From the NCBI GenBank assembly GCA_963666215.2, contig CAXWPL010000005.1:1152001-1216000 (forward strand): a stretch of 64,000 bases of DNA, read 5' to 3'. This document shows, one piece after another, positions 20,391 to 30,341 of this stretch (the stretch's first letter is position 1; the number at the start of each line of letters is the position of its first letter). This DNA is from Acidobacteriota bacterium (lineage in GTDB: Bacteria > Acidobacteriota > UBA890 > WLXD01). The position numbers and the translations under genes were made by a program. Under the pieces are notes generated by a model, which was given only the letters and a program-made list of their open reading frames with translations, was not told where the DNA came from and made no database searches.

Positions 20391-20677
20391 CGGGCGTTCC
20401 TCGAGTTCTGTTTTTTGTCGCAGGTGGAGAGCGCCATTATCCGGGCCTGTAGGCAGTTCAGCTAGTCGGCATGATCTCGGAGCCTGCCGCGGGTTCGGAG
20501 AGTCGACATACAATCGGAGGTGCTCGCGAGCATCGTCCGAGCAGCAACAAGTGCGCGAGTGGAGGACTAGCTGTACGAAAAGGCGTCGGATCCAAGGACG
20601 GCCGCGTGCTCGATAGAGAGCTGTCGAGCCTCCCCCGCAAGATCGAGGGCTACGACCTCGACGGGTGTGAGCTGACC

Positions 20678-21791
20678 TTGCGCATCGCCATGTTCTTGCC
20701 CCGCCTGAGCAAGCGGTCGCTGGGATGGCAGGTCGGTAACGATCTGGCTCGGCAGTTTCGCGAGCTTGGCCATGAGTTCGAGCTCATCAGCTGCGCCGGC
20801 GATGCTCTGCAAGACCGACCCGGATCGACGGTTCTCTCCACCAGCCGGCTCTGGGAATGGGTCGACCGTGTGCTGGTGCCGTTGTCTCGTTGCCCGTGGC
20901 TGATCTCCAGCGCCATGGCCTTCGCCTCGTACCTGAGAGAGCACGGCGATGCCCACGATCTTCTTTACCTGGAAGTTGCCTATCCGCATGCCTCGGCTGG
21001 CGCGCTAGGTGCCGCCCTGGCCGGCTGGAAAGGGCCCCTGGTGATCAAACCCTCGGGCGAGGACACGCTCGTCATCGAGGACGCATCGTACGGGTTTCGG
21101 CGCTTCTGGCTGCCACGCGTGCTTGCACGCTGGACCCTGCGCCGAGCGGCCGCGCTACGCGTGATCTCCCCGTTGATCGAGCCCTATCTGGTCGAGCAGG
21201 CGCCAGCGCCCATGCGCCAGATCATCCCGTCCAACGTTTCGCGCGGCACGGTGGCTGCGGCCCGGGTGGGCGACGACGAGTCAAGGCGCCGCCGAAGAAA
21301 GGCCCGCGCCACGCTCGACGATGCGCATGGCACCCATGGAAAGACCGTCGTGCTGTCGGTCGGCCGACTTCATCCTTTCAAGGGCCTCGATCTGCTGATC
21401 GCCGCCATGCGATCGCTGCCACACCACCACCTGATGATTGCCGGCCCGTCGTTCAGCATTCGGGGCCTCGGCGATGTGGCCGACTCGCTGCGGCGCGAGG
21501 CCGAGCATCAGGGCGTTGCCGAACGGGTCCAGCTTCTCGGGGCAATTGATGCCGTGCGTGGTCACCGAGACCACCGGAATCTCCCACTGGCTCCCGACAC
21601 CCACGGTCGGCAGGGTTGTTCCGCCGAACAATCCGGAAGCCATTGCGGCCGCCGTCCAGGAGCTCACCGCGGGTAACTCCCCGTTCAGTCGCCCGCACGC
21701 GCGCGTATTTGTCGAACGCTTCGCGCCGGAGCGCGTCGCCGCCGAGCTGGCCGCCCTCTGTCAGTCGGTTGTGTCGGCCAAGCCCGAGTAG
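20678..21791 (+). pseudogene. Glycosyltransferase family 4, with internal deletion and frameshift near 21550
   Basis: VGRLHPFKG.DLLI motif; frame jumps from VQLLGAI to PCVVTETTG, so the EX7E-containing segment is absent. Confidence 0.8.
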
Positions 21792-21953
21792 GAAGCGGCA
21801 ACGTTACCGCGACCGCCGTGACACGATCGCGGCGGCGTACAATCGTGCCGTCCACAGATTGCCGGACGCGCCCGAGGCGAGCGACAATCGGAGCCCTAGC
21901 TCGTGCCGCTCAGGACGAACCCGCGCCCTGAGCGGCGACTGAGAGGATGGAAC

Positions 21954-23009
21954 GTGCTGTACGAGAAGGTGTCGGATCTAACGGTGGAGATCGCCGGGTA
22001 CCGGCTCGAGCCGCGCCTGCTCGGCGGCACGATGTTCACTCGGCATACTACGACGGTCGTTCTTGAAGGCGGCGGGCGCGTGGGCCGTGGTGAGGACGTC
22101 GACTACGACGCGAACGACCAGCTCGCGTTTCAGAACGAGGGACTCTCACTGCCGCTCGCCGGCACCTGGACAATCGACAGCTTCTCGCGACACCTCGATG
22201 GTCTCGACCTGTTTCCGATAGGTCCCGCCCGTCCGGACTACGCGCTCTACCGCCGCTGGGCGTTCGAGAGCGCAGCCCTCGAGCTGGCACTCGAGCAGGC
22301 TGGACGGACGCTGGGCGAAGCGCTGAAGATCGATCCTCGCCCGGTCCGGTTCGTTGTCTCGATGGGGCTGGGCTCGCCCGCCAGCACTGAGGGCGTCGAG
22401 CGTTGCCTCGAGAAGTATCCGGCGACCCGCTTCAAGGTCGACGTGTCGTCGAGCTGGGACCAGCCGCTGGTCCGCCGCTTGGCCGATCTCGGGGTCATCG
22501 ACACCGTCGACCTCAAGGGCCACTACCATGGCGACTTCGAGGGGCCGCCGCCCGATCTCGACCAGTATCGCCTCGTCTGCGAAGGGCTACCCGATGCTGT
22601 GGTCGAGGATCCGGCATCGACGCCCGAGACCGCCCACCTGATTGAAGCGCACCAGCATCGACTGGCCTGGGACGCGCCGATTCATTCGGTTTCGGACATC
22701 GTCCAGCTGCCCTGGAAGCCGCCGTGGATGAACATCAAGCCGTCGCGCTTCGGCTTCGTCTCGGAGCTGCTGCGAGCCTACGAGTACTGCCAGGGCGCCG
22801 GCATCCGGATGTATGGCGGTGGTCAGTTCGAGCTCGGTCACGGCCGACTGCAGAACCAGGCGCTCGCCAGCCTGTTCCACCCCGATGGGCCCAACGATGT
22901 GGCGCCGACCGGCTACAACGAGGCCGAAATGGCGATCGGCCTCGAATGCAGCCCGCTGCCCGTGGAGGTGTTCGCCAGCGCGTTCGGGAGCCGCGGAGCC
23001 GACGACTGA
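21954..23009 (+). CDS. Enolase-superfamily (MLE/OSBS-like) protein of unknown substrate
   Basis: G.GE, FKVD, DLKG, VEDP, WDAP, NIKPSRFG metal and catalytic pattern; GAGG RBS before GTG 21954. Confidence 0.65.
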   Translation: MLYEKVSDLTVEIAGYRLEPRLLGGTMFTRHTTTVVLEGGGRVGRGEDVDYDANDQLAFQNEGLSLPLAGTWTIDSFSRHLDGLDLFPIGPARPDYALYRRWAFESAALELALEQAGRTLGEALKIDPRPVRFVVSMGLGSPASTEGVERCLEKYPATRFKVDVSSSWDQPLVRRLADLGVIDTVDLKGHYHGDFEGPPPDLDQYRLVCEGLPDAVVEDPASTPETAHLIEAHQHRLAWDAPIHSVSDIVQLPWKPPWMNIKPSRFGFVSELLRAYEYCQGAGIRMYGGGQFELGHGRLQNQALASLFHPDGPNDVAPTGYNEAEMAIGLECSPLPVEVFASAFGSRGADD

Positions 23010-23091
23010 GAGTCCTCCACCTCCCCCACCGAGGCTACGGCCCGCAGCCCTTGGAACGCCGGGAGCACTGCGGCACCACAAGGCCTCTCGT

Positions 23092-24000
23092 ATGAGCTCG
23101 AGCGCCCGCATGCGTCGCCTTCTGACGCCCGGCGCCCGCTACATGCTTGGCGCAGCTCTGGGCTTCGCGCTCATGGGCGCGCTCGTCAAGCTCGTCGGCC
23201 GGCGCATCCCGAGCCAGGAGATCGTTCTGGCTCGAGCGGTTGTGTCGGTGTTTCTGAGCTATTCGTTCGTGCGCCGCGCCGGGGTGCCGGTGTTGGGGAC
23301 CCAGCGTGGACTTCTGTTGCTGCGCGGCACATTCGGCACCTGCGGGCTGATGATGCTGTTCTACGCGTTCACGCGGCTGCCGTATGCCGAGGCCACGGTG
23401 CTGCAGTACACCCACCCCATCTTCACGACGATCTTCGCGGCGATGGTTCTCGGTGAGGCGATCGGCGCCGGCCTGATGATGTCGATTGGTACCAGTCTCG
23501 TCGGCGTCATGTTGGTCACCAAGCCTCAGGCTCTGCTCGGGCTCATGGGAAGCGTCGGAGGGGAGCTCGACGGGCTCGCAGCGGCTGCCGCCCTTGGCGC
23601 CGCAGTTTGCAGCGCATCCGCGTACGTGACCGTGCGCCATCTGAGCCGTACCGAAAACCCCCACGTGATCGTTCTCTACTTCCCTCTGGTCGCGGTACCG
23701 GCAACGCTCCCGTTCGTGCTTGCCAACCCCGTCTGGCCGACACCCTTCGAGTGGCTCTGCCTGGCGGGAATCGGCGTTCTCACGCAAGTCGCCCAGATCT
23801 GCCTGACCCAAGGGCTGTCGCTCGAGCCAGCGGGCCGTGCGATGTCGCTCGCCTACGGCCAGATCGTGTTCGCGGCGGTGCTGGGAGCGATGTTCTTCGG
23901 CGAGATCCCCGACCTGTGGACCGCGGCCGGAACCATTCTCATCGTGGGCGGAACGCTGATCGCCGCTCGCTCGTCGGCCAGGGCCCGGGCAACCGAGTAA
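23092..24000 (+). CDS. DMT/EamA family transporter
   Basis: 10 TM segments, LLRG..G, LPYAEAT..QYTHP, LGE, FGEIPD. Confidence 0.9.
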   Translation: MSSSARMRRLLTPGARYMLGAALGFALMGALVKLVGRRIPSQEIVLARAVVSVFLSYSFVRRAGVPVLGTQRGLLLLRGTFGTCGLMMLFYAFTRLPYAEATVLQYTHPIFTTIFAAMVLGEAIGAGLMMSIGTSLVGVMLVTKPQALLGLMGSVGGELDGLAAAAALGAAVCSASAYVTVRHLSRTENPHVIVLYFPLVAVPATLPFVLANPVWPTPFEWLCLAGIGVLTQVAQICLTQGLSLEPAGRAMSLAYGQIVFAAVLGAMFFGEIPDLWTAAGTILIVGGTLIAARSSARARATE

Positions 24001-24030
24001 CCGCCGCGCGTGGAAGCGCTTCTTGCGGAG

Positions 24031-25446
24031 TCAGCCCAACGGGAGGCCGATCGGCCGAGCCTTTTGCACGATCGCCGCGGCGCCGAGAACCGCTCCCTCT
24101 CCGCGCGGCCGACCGACGATCTGCAACCCCACGGGCAATCCGCCGCCGTCGAGACCGCACGGGACCGACGCCACCGGGAGGCCGGTGTTGCTGAGCAGGA
24201 AGGTCGGTGCCACCCAGTCGATGTAGGTCTCCATCAGCTTGCCTGCAATCGTTTCCGGGAAGCTCTGCTCGACCGGGAACGGCGGCACCGTCATGGTGGG
24301 CGTCACGACGTGGTCGAAGCGAGAAAACAGCGTCAGCAGTTGATCCCACATCTCGCCGCGCTTCTGCTCGGCGGCGGCGAGCTCTAGCGTCGTCACTTCC
24401 AACCCGGCGTCGATGTTGCCGCGCAGGTTGTCGCCGAACTCGCCTCGGCGATCGAGGCGTCGATGCTGCTGCACCACCATCCAGTGCCCGCGCAGCGCCA
24501 GGAAAGCGTCGCGAGCGTCGGAAAAGTCGAGGTCGATCTCCTCCACGCTCGCACCAGCGGAGCGAAGATCGTCGATCGCCGCTCGGCACACGGCTTCCAC
24601 CTCTGCGTCGATACCGATGCCCGCGATGTCGGGGCAGTACGCCAACCGCAACCGATCCGGCCGGACCGCGGCGAGCTCGGCCGGCAGATCGCGACCGTCG
24701 AGCGCCACCCCCAGCGGCGCCCGGTGGCTCGGGCCTGCCACGGCCTGCACGCCAATCGCCACGTCCTCCGCCGTGCGCGCCATCAGGCCGGTGACCTGCA
24801 TCGTGTCCCACGGGTACTCCGTGGGCCACGTCGGCACCAGCCCGGGAGTCGGACGCAATCCGACGACGCCGCAGAAGGAGGCCGGTATGCGCAGCGAGCC
24901 GCCGAGGTCGGTGCCCTCGGCCAGCGCGATCATGCGAGCCGCCAGCGCCGCCGCACCGCCGCCGGTGGAACCGCCGGCGCTGAGCTCTTCGTTCCAAGGA
25001 TTGCGGGTCACGCCGAAAACGTCGTTGAACGTGTTGCCCCCCGTAGCGAACTCGGGCGTGTTCGTCTTGCCCAGCACAATGGCGCCGGCGGCCCGCAGCC
25101 GCTCGACCACCACGGCGTCCTCCGTCGCGACATTGTCGGAGTACAGCGTGCAACCGTAGGTGTGCCTCAGCCCCGCCACCGGCGTGACGTCCTTGATGCC
25201 AACCGGCAGCCCGCACAAGGGCCCTGGCTCCAACCCGCTGGCGAGCTCGCGCTCCAGAGCTTCGGCGTCATCGAGCGCGGACGACGACACCGTCACCAGA
25301 GCGTTCAGGCGCCCATTGTGCTCCTCGACGCGCTCGAGATACGCCTGAACCACCTCGACCGGCGACAGCTCCCGCGCCACGATCCGTCGTCGCGTTTCAG
25401 CGGCACCGAGTGCCGTGATCTCGCTGGATGTGTTCGTTGTGCTCAC
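24031..25446 (-). CDS. Amidase-signature family amidase
   Basis: GLPVGIKD, GKTNTPEF, TRNPW, GGSTGG, GTDLGGSLRIPAS, GLPVGLQIVG; start uncertain. Confidence 0.93.
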   Translation of the reverse strand: MSTTNTSSEITALGAAETRRRIVARELSPVEVVQAYLERVEEHNGRLNALVTVSSSALDDAEALERELASGLEPGPLCGLPVGIKDVTPVAGLRHTYGCTLYSDNVATEDAVVVERLRAAGAIVLGKTNTPEFATGGNTFNDVFGVTRNPWNEELSAGGSTGGGAAALAARMIALAEGTDLGGSLRIPASFCGVVGLRPTPGLVPTWPTEYPWDTMQVTGLMARTAEDVAIGVQAVAGPSHRAPLGVALDGRDLPAELAAVRPDRLRLAYCPDIAGIGIDAEVEAVCRAAIDDLRSAGASVEEIDLDFSDARDAFLALRGHWMVVQQHRRLDRRGEFGDNLRGNIDAGLEVTTLELAAAEQKRGEMWDQLLTLFSRFDHVVTPTMTVPPFPVEQSFPETIAGKLMETYIDWVAPTFLLSNTGLPVASVPCGLDGGGLPVGLQIVGRPRGEGAVLGAAAIVQKARPIGLPLG

Positions 25447-25556
25447 GCTACTCGTCCTGGGCTCATTCGCTGCTCGCGCTAGGAGCGCTGGAACGAAGTG
25501 TCGCCTACCTGTCGTCGATCGTCGAGCGCTCGTCGCGCCGCAGGAGAGATGCCGCC

Positions 25557-25597
25557 TTGACATGAAATATCCACATCGGACATATCTGTCGTGGATA
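25557..25597 (+). promoter_or_regulatory. Sigma70 -35 (TTGACA) overlapped by two tandem 15-bp TATC-N7-GA(C/T)A boxes, likely PadR operator
   Basis: TTGACA 25557-25562; TATCCACATCGGACA 25568-25582 and TATCTGTCGTGGATA 25583-25597. Confidence 0.55.
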
Positions 25598-25641
25598 AAT
25601 CACCGTGCGTGCACCCGATTCTCCGCGACAGGACCCTTACG

Positions 25642-25998
25642 ATGACGATACCGGCCCGGATCGACCCTGTGACGGCGCCGCTCACACCGGCGGCTTTTCA
25701 CATCCTGCTGGCGCTGGTCGACGCGCGGTTACACGGGCTCGGAATCGCCGATGCGGTGGAACAACTCACCGATGGTGACATGCAGCTCGGGCCGGGCACC
25801 CTGTACCGGTCATTGAAGGAGCTCGCCGCCGTCGGCCTGCTGCGCGAAGCCGCGGCGCCCACCGCAGGCGACGATCCGCGGCGCAAGTACTACGAGCTCA
25901 CCGACCCGGGTCGCGAGCAGCTCGAGCTGGAGGCGCGACGACTCGAGCGCATCGTCGACGCCGCGCGCCAGCGACGTGTGCTGCAGGACGAGGCTTAG
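25642..25998 (+). CDS. PadR family transcriptional regulator
   Basis: FHILLAL...HG..I, LGPGTLYRSL, RRKYYELT..GR. Confidence 0.93.
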   Translation: MTIPARIDPVTAPLTPAAFHILLALVDARLHGLGIADAVEQLTDGDMQLGPGTLYRSLKELAAVGLLREAAAPTAGDDPRRKYYELTDPGREQLELEARRLERIVDAARQRRVLQDEA

Positions 25999-26002
25999 GG
26001 TC

Positions 26003-26323
26003 ATGCAAGCGATGCTTGGAGAGGGCAGCCCCGTCAGCATGGGTGAGCGGTTGTACCGAGTGATGCTGTTCGCCTACCCGATTCGATTCCGCCGGCAGTA
26101 CGGCGCCGAGATGTTGGCGTTCGCGCGCGCCCGCAGCGCCCGAGCTGCCGGCTCGGGTGAACGATTCGACCGTGTGCGCGTGTGGTGGTTCCTGTTGCGT
26201 GACCTGTCGACGAACGCCTTCGCAGCGCTCGTGGTCGAACATGGCGTTCGTGAGCTCTGGACCCTCGACCGAGACTTCCAGCGCTTCCCGGGAGTTCGCG
26301 CAATCGACCCGTTCGCCGACTAG
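26003..26323 (+). pseudogene. Chimeric remnant: ADOP-permease N-terminal prefix fused to a PIN/VapC toxin C-terminus
   Basis: LYR..L.AYP..FRRQYG.EM (permease prefix) followed in frame by AALVVEHGVRELWTLDRDFQRFPG (PIN C-terminus); junction near 26220. Confidence 0.75.
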
Positions 26324-26433
26324 TAGCCACTCGGCACAGAAAATCGGTAAGGCACCCTCACCGTGACAACGGATGCGGGCAACATTGCGACACGTCGGCC
26401 TCCTCGGGTGCAGCAAGCCGGTGCAGGCCCGCG

Positions 26434-26757
26434 CTACACCTCCACGAACGCGACCGCGCGGCAGAAGGCGGCTTCGCCGCCCTTGAACAGCCACGGGGAG
26501 ATGCCGATCGTCAGCCGCTGATTCTGCAGCTCGGGGGCGTTGATCTGCCCACCCAGGTTCTCGACGTGAATGCAATCGTGCGGGAACAGAGCGTTGTGCG
26601 TGAGCTGGTAGTCCGACTCGGGAAACAGCTCGGCCACGCCCTCGGGTCCGCCTAACTTCTCCTCGCACAGGGCGCGCACACGGTCGCAATGGTTGAACAT
26701 GCCCTTGCCGAGGAAGCGGCCGATGGGCAGATTCATCGGATGGTCGGTCGACACCGC
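26434..26757 (-). pseudogene. Cyclase / kynurenine formamidase family, C-terminal third only
   Basis: STDHPMN, H..LF...CIHVENLGG, GGEAAFCRAVA; N-terminal HxGTHxD region absent. Confidence 0.75.
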
Positions 26758-26822
26758 GGCGTGTTTCCCACGGCTCGGAACTATACAACCGGTGCGCGAA
26801 CACGACTGGTCGGAAAAAAAAA

Positions 26823-26851
26823 CGAAACCTGGGCCGAACCCGGGGCGTCTC
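26823..26851 (+). promoter_or_regulatory. ECF-sigma-type promoter cGAAAC-N17-CGTCTc upstream of PadR-ADOP operon
   Basis: Same motif and spacing at 35638-35666 and 50259-50287; A9 run immediately upstream. Confidence 0.65.
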
Positions 26852-26960
26852 TACAGATACCCCAACGGACTACATTGCATATCGCATAGCCCACAATGCA
26901 GACTGTGCGCGTCGAACAAACCCGCACCGCCATCGTCCACCACTCGACAGGACGCAGACC

Positions 26961-27287
26961 ATGGCACCGAAGACGCATCTCGGTGAATTCGAGCAGATGC
27001 TGCTACTGGCGATCCTGCGCTGCGGCGAGAGCGCCTACGGCGTCGAAGTCCGTCGCGAGCTCGAAACCTGCACGGCACGCAGTGTGACGCGCGGCGCCTT
27101 CTACACCACGCTCGACCGACTCGAGTCCAAGGGCTACTTGGAGTGGACGACGCGCGCCGTCGACGGCTGGCGTGGCGGCCGACCCCAGCGACACTTCGAG
27201 GTGACCGAGGAGGGCCTGGAACAGCTCCATCGCTCGCACGAAGCGCTGATGAACCTCTGGAGCGGCCTCGAGGTGTTCAAAGCGTGA
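26961..27287 (+). CDS. PadR family transcriptional regulator
   Basis: LGEFEQM.LLAILR, AYG, GAFYTTLDRLE.KG, GGRPQRHF.VT. Confidence 0.93.
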   Translation: MAPKTHLGEFEQMLLLAILRCGESAYGVEVRRELETCTARSVTRGAFYTTLDRLESKGYLEWTTRAVDGWRGGRPQRHFEVTEEGLEQLHRSHEALMNLWSGLEVFKA

Positions 27288-27631
27288 CGATGCCCGACCG
27301 CAACGCGCAACGCGACGAGCTCCCGAACCGGCGGCACCAGCACCCATCGGAGCCGTCTCGAGGGCCGCTCCGGCGGCCGCCCGCCGCAGCCGAGAAGCTG
27401 CTGCGCCAGGTACTCCCCGTCGGTCTGGTTGGCGAGACGATCCTCGGAGACCTGCACCAGGAGCTCGAGGAACGAGCCCGACAACGGTGACCGTTCCTCA
27501 GCCTTTGGTACTGGTGGCACGCGCTGGAGCTGGCCGCCCGCTATGCCGCACAAAGCCACCGAGGCTCACACGACCGAATCTCACTGAAGAATTCACCGCA
27601 CGAATCCATCCACATCAGGGAGCCCGAACCC
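27284..27631 (+). pseudogene. Permease-prefix domain of the downstream ADOP permease, interrupted by an in-frame TGA at 27488-27490
   Basis: PP..AEKLL....GETILGDLHQE; after the TGA the same frame reads PFLSLWYWWHAL... and runs into 27632 with no further stop. Confidence 0.8.
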
Positions 27632-30067
27632 GTGACCAGCCTGATTTCCGACCTGCGCTACGGCGCTCGAATGCTGCTCAAGACCCCGCTCGTAACAGGC
27701 GCCGCGATTCTCACCCTGGCGCTCGGGGTTGGGCTGACCGTTCAGACCTTCAGCGTGGTGTACGGCTCGGTGATGCGTGGTCTACCGCTCGAAGCCGACG
27801 AGCGCTTGATGAGCGTCGTGCGGAACAACGACGCCAACCGTGTGCGACAGGGATGGCTGCCGTACGCCGACTACCTCGACTTCCGTGAACAGATGACCTC
27901 GTTCGAGGATCTCGCGGCGGCGTCGCAAGGCACCATCAACTTGGCGGGCGATGACGACCCTCCGCAGCGCTACGAAGGCGGCTTTGTCACCGCAAACGCC
28001 TTCGGCATGTTGGGCGTACCGCCGCACCTTGGCCGGGTTTTTCGCGAGGGCGAGGATCGTGCCGACGGCGAGCTCTTGGTGGTTCTCGGCTACGAAGCCT
28101 GGCGTGATCGCTTCGGGTCCGACCCGACCGTGATCGATCGCTCGATCCGCGCCAACAGCGAGTCGGCGACGATCATCGGTGTCATGCCTGAAGGGTTCAA
28201 ATTCCCCTTCGATCAGGAGGTCTGGGTCAACGATCGATTCGATGTTGATCCGGCAAACCGCCGGGCGCACTTCATGTCGACCTTCGGACGCGTTCGCGAG
28301 GACGTCACGGTGGAGGCAGCGAAGGCCGAGGCCGCCGCGATCATGGCACGCATCGAGGCCGAATTCCCCGAGCAAGCGGCCGGCGACAAAGTCGACCTGA
28401 TTCGCTACGAGGAGGTCTTCATGCCGCCGGAGATCACGGCCGCCATATGGATCCAGCTGGCCGCCGTATTCGGCGTGCTGCTGATTGCCTGCGCCAACGT
28501 CGCCAACCTGCTGCTGGCGCGCGCCAGCTACCGCGGCAAGGAAGTGGCCATCCGTAGCGCGCTCGGAGCCAAGCGCGGTCGCGTAATCCGCATGATGCTG
28601 CTCGAGTCGCTGCTCATCGCCATCGTCGGTGGCGGACTCGGGGTGCTCGGGGCGAAGATTGGGCTCGACTTCTTCAATGCCAGCGTCGCTGACGTTCAAA
28701 AACCGTACTGGATCGATATGCGCCTCGACGCGGTGGCCGCAGCCTTTGCCTTCGGCGTGACAATGCTGGCGAGCGTGCTGTCGGGAACGCTACCGGCGAT
28801 CCGCGCGTCGGGTGGTGGGGCGGCCGCCATCCTCAAGGACGAGAGCCGCGGTGCGTCGAGCTCGCGGCTGGGCCGCCTGAGCGCCGTCCTGGTGATTGGC
28901 GAGGTGGCGGTGTCGTGCGCCCTTCTGATCATGGCGGGCATGCTGATCAAGAGCGTCATCAACGTCAGCACGGTTGACCTGGGGTTCCGCACCGAGAACA
29001 TCCTGACGGCGCGGCTGGGCCTGTTCGCGGGCGACTATCCCGAGCGCATCGACCGCGAGAACTTCTTCGTGGAGCTCAAGGACCGCCTCGAAGCACAGCC
29101 GGGCGTGGAATCGGCAGCGCTAACGACCAACGTCCCGGGGACAGGCGCGATGCGCTTCTTCGTGGCCATGGAGGGAGAGGTCTACGAAAACGACAGCGAC
29201 TACCCCTTGATCAACGCCTCGCTCGTTACTCCCGACTTTTTCTCCGCCTTCGACGCGTCGATTATCCAGGGTCGCGACTTCGTGCCGGCGGAGTCACGCT
29301 CGAGCGCCGACCCGGTAGCCATCGTTAACCAGAGCTTCGCTGCGGCGCACTTCGGTGATCGCACGCCACTCGGGCGTCGCGTTCGACTCGGGCGCGAGGA
29401 GGACGACATTTGGGTGCAAATCGTCGGGCTCGTGCCCGACATGCACATCGGCGGTGGCGTTGGCGGCCTGGGCAGCGACCAGATCGAGCCCGGCATTCTG
29501 TATCTGGCGCCCGGAACCTTCGACATACGTTTCATGTCGATCATCCTGCGAACCTCGGGCACCCCGGAGTCGGCGATCCCGACAGCGCGCGCCGTGGTCA
29601 AGGCTCTCGACCCCAACATGCCCATCTACGACGTCATGAGTGTCGATAGCGCCCTCGACCAGGCTACCTGGGCATTCGGTGTCTTCAGCCGCATGTTCAC
29701 CACCTTGGGAGTGGCCGCGCTTTTCCTCGCCGCCGTGGGCCTGTACGCCGTCATGGCGTTCTCGGTGGCCGGGCGCGCCCAGGAAATCGGCATCCGCATG
29801 GCGCTCGGCGCAAGCGCCAAGAGCGTGCTGCGGCTGATCATGCGCCGCGGCATCATCCAGCTGGCGATCGGCGTCACCATCGGGCTGGCTCTCGGGGCGC
29901 TGGTCAGTCGGCCGCTGCGCGCGGTGACGTTCGGCGTCGAGCCCAACGATCTTTCGGTCTTTATCGCGATCCTCGTGACGATTGTCGCCACGGGAGTTCT
30001 CGCCACGTTGATCCCCGCCTTGCGCGCGGCACGCATCGATCCGCTCAACGCTCTCAGAGAAGACTGA
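27632..30067 (+). CDS. ADOP-type duplicated ABC permease (MacB-PCD/FtsX x2), no ATPase gene adjacent
   Basis: DLRYGARML.K.P, LALG.G, LLIACANVANLLLARA..R.KE.AIR.ALGA, EIGIRMALGA, IDPL.ALR. Confidence 0.93.
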   Translation: MTSLISDLRYGARMLLKTPLVTGAAILTLALGVGLTVQTFSVVYGSVMRGLPLEADERLMSVVRNNDANRVRQGWLPYADYLDFREQMTSFEDLAAASQGTINLAGDDDPPQRYEGGFVTANAFGMLGVPPHLGRVFREGEDRADGELLVVLGYEAWRDRFGSDPTVIDRSIRANSESATIIGVMPEGFKFPFDQEVWVNDRFDVDPANRRAHFMSTFGRVREDVTVEAAKAEAAAIMARIEAEFPEQAAGDKVDLIRYEEVFMPPEITAAIWIQLAAVFGVLLIACANVANLLLARASYRGKEVAIRSALGAKRGRVIRMMLLESLLIAIVGGGLGVLGAKIGLDFFNASVADVQKPYWIDMRLDAVAAAFAFGVTMLASVLSGTLPAIRASGGGAAAILKDESRGASSSRLGRLSAVLVIGEVAVSCALLIMAGMLIKSVINVSTVDLGFRTENILTARLGLFAGDYPERIDRENFFVELKDRLEAQPGVESAALTTNVPGTGAMRFFVAMEGEVYENDSDYPLINASLVTPDFFSAFDASIIQGRDFVPAESRSSADPVAIVNQSFAAAHFGDRTPLGRRVRLGREEDDIWVQIVGLVPDMHIGGGVGGLGSDQIEPGILYLAPGTFDIRFMSIILRTSGTPESAIPTARAVVKALDPNMPIYDVMSVDSALDQATWAFGVFSRMFTTLGVAALFLAAVGLYAVMAFSVAGRAQEIGIRMALGASAKSVLRLIMRRGIIQLAIGVTIGLALGALVSRPLRAVTFGVEPNDLSVFIAILVTIVATGVLATLIPALRAARIDPLNALRED

Positions 30068-30117
30068 AGCGAAGGGCCCAGACGCGATGGTGCGCGTGCG
30101 CTGGCCGTCGGTTGCCC

Positions 30118-30146
30118 TTGGAAGCACCGTCGGCTAGCGATAGACT
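30118..30146 (+). promoter_or_regulatory. Probable sigma70 promoter TTGGAA-N17-TAGACT for the pheA leader
   Basis: Hexamers and 17-bp spacing, 43 bp upstream of the leader ATG. Confidence 0.5.
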
Positions 30147-30189
30147 GCCGCCAGCAGAGATTGGCGCGCCCGACCCGGGCGGAGGATCC

Positions 30190-30276
30190 ATGATTCGACT
30201 CGTCGCTTTCACCCCACCCATCTTTACGTATCCCGGCTTTACGAGGCCGGGTGGTGATGGAGTGCGATGTAGCTGA
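30190..30276 (+). CDS. Putative Phe/Tyr attenuation leader peptide MIRLVAFTPPIFTYPGFTRPGGDGVRCS (28 aa)
   Basis: GGAGGA RBS; 3 Phe and 1 Tyr codons; precedes terminator hairpin and pheA; below ORF-track cutoff. Confidence 0.7.
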   Translation: MIRLVAFTPPIFTYPGFTRPGGDGVRCS

Positions 30277-30303
30277 TCCGAAGACGATCGACCGCGACCC
30301 CGT

Positions 30304-30341
30304 AACCCACTCGGCACCCGCTGGGTGGGTTTCTTGCGTTT
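30304..30341 (+). terminator. Attenuator terminator hairpin
   Basis: AACCCACTCGGC-ACCC-GCTGGGTGGGTT followed by TCTTGCGTTT; 5' arm can alternatively pair with CCGGGTGG at 30247-30254. Confidence 0.75.

Noticed and set aside
27488-27540. Selenocysteine recoding of the in-frame TGA
   Set aside because: Position is not a Cys or redox site and no convincing SECIS hairpin follows; a GGA-to-TGA mutation is simpler
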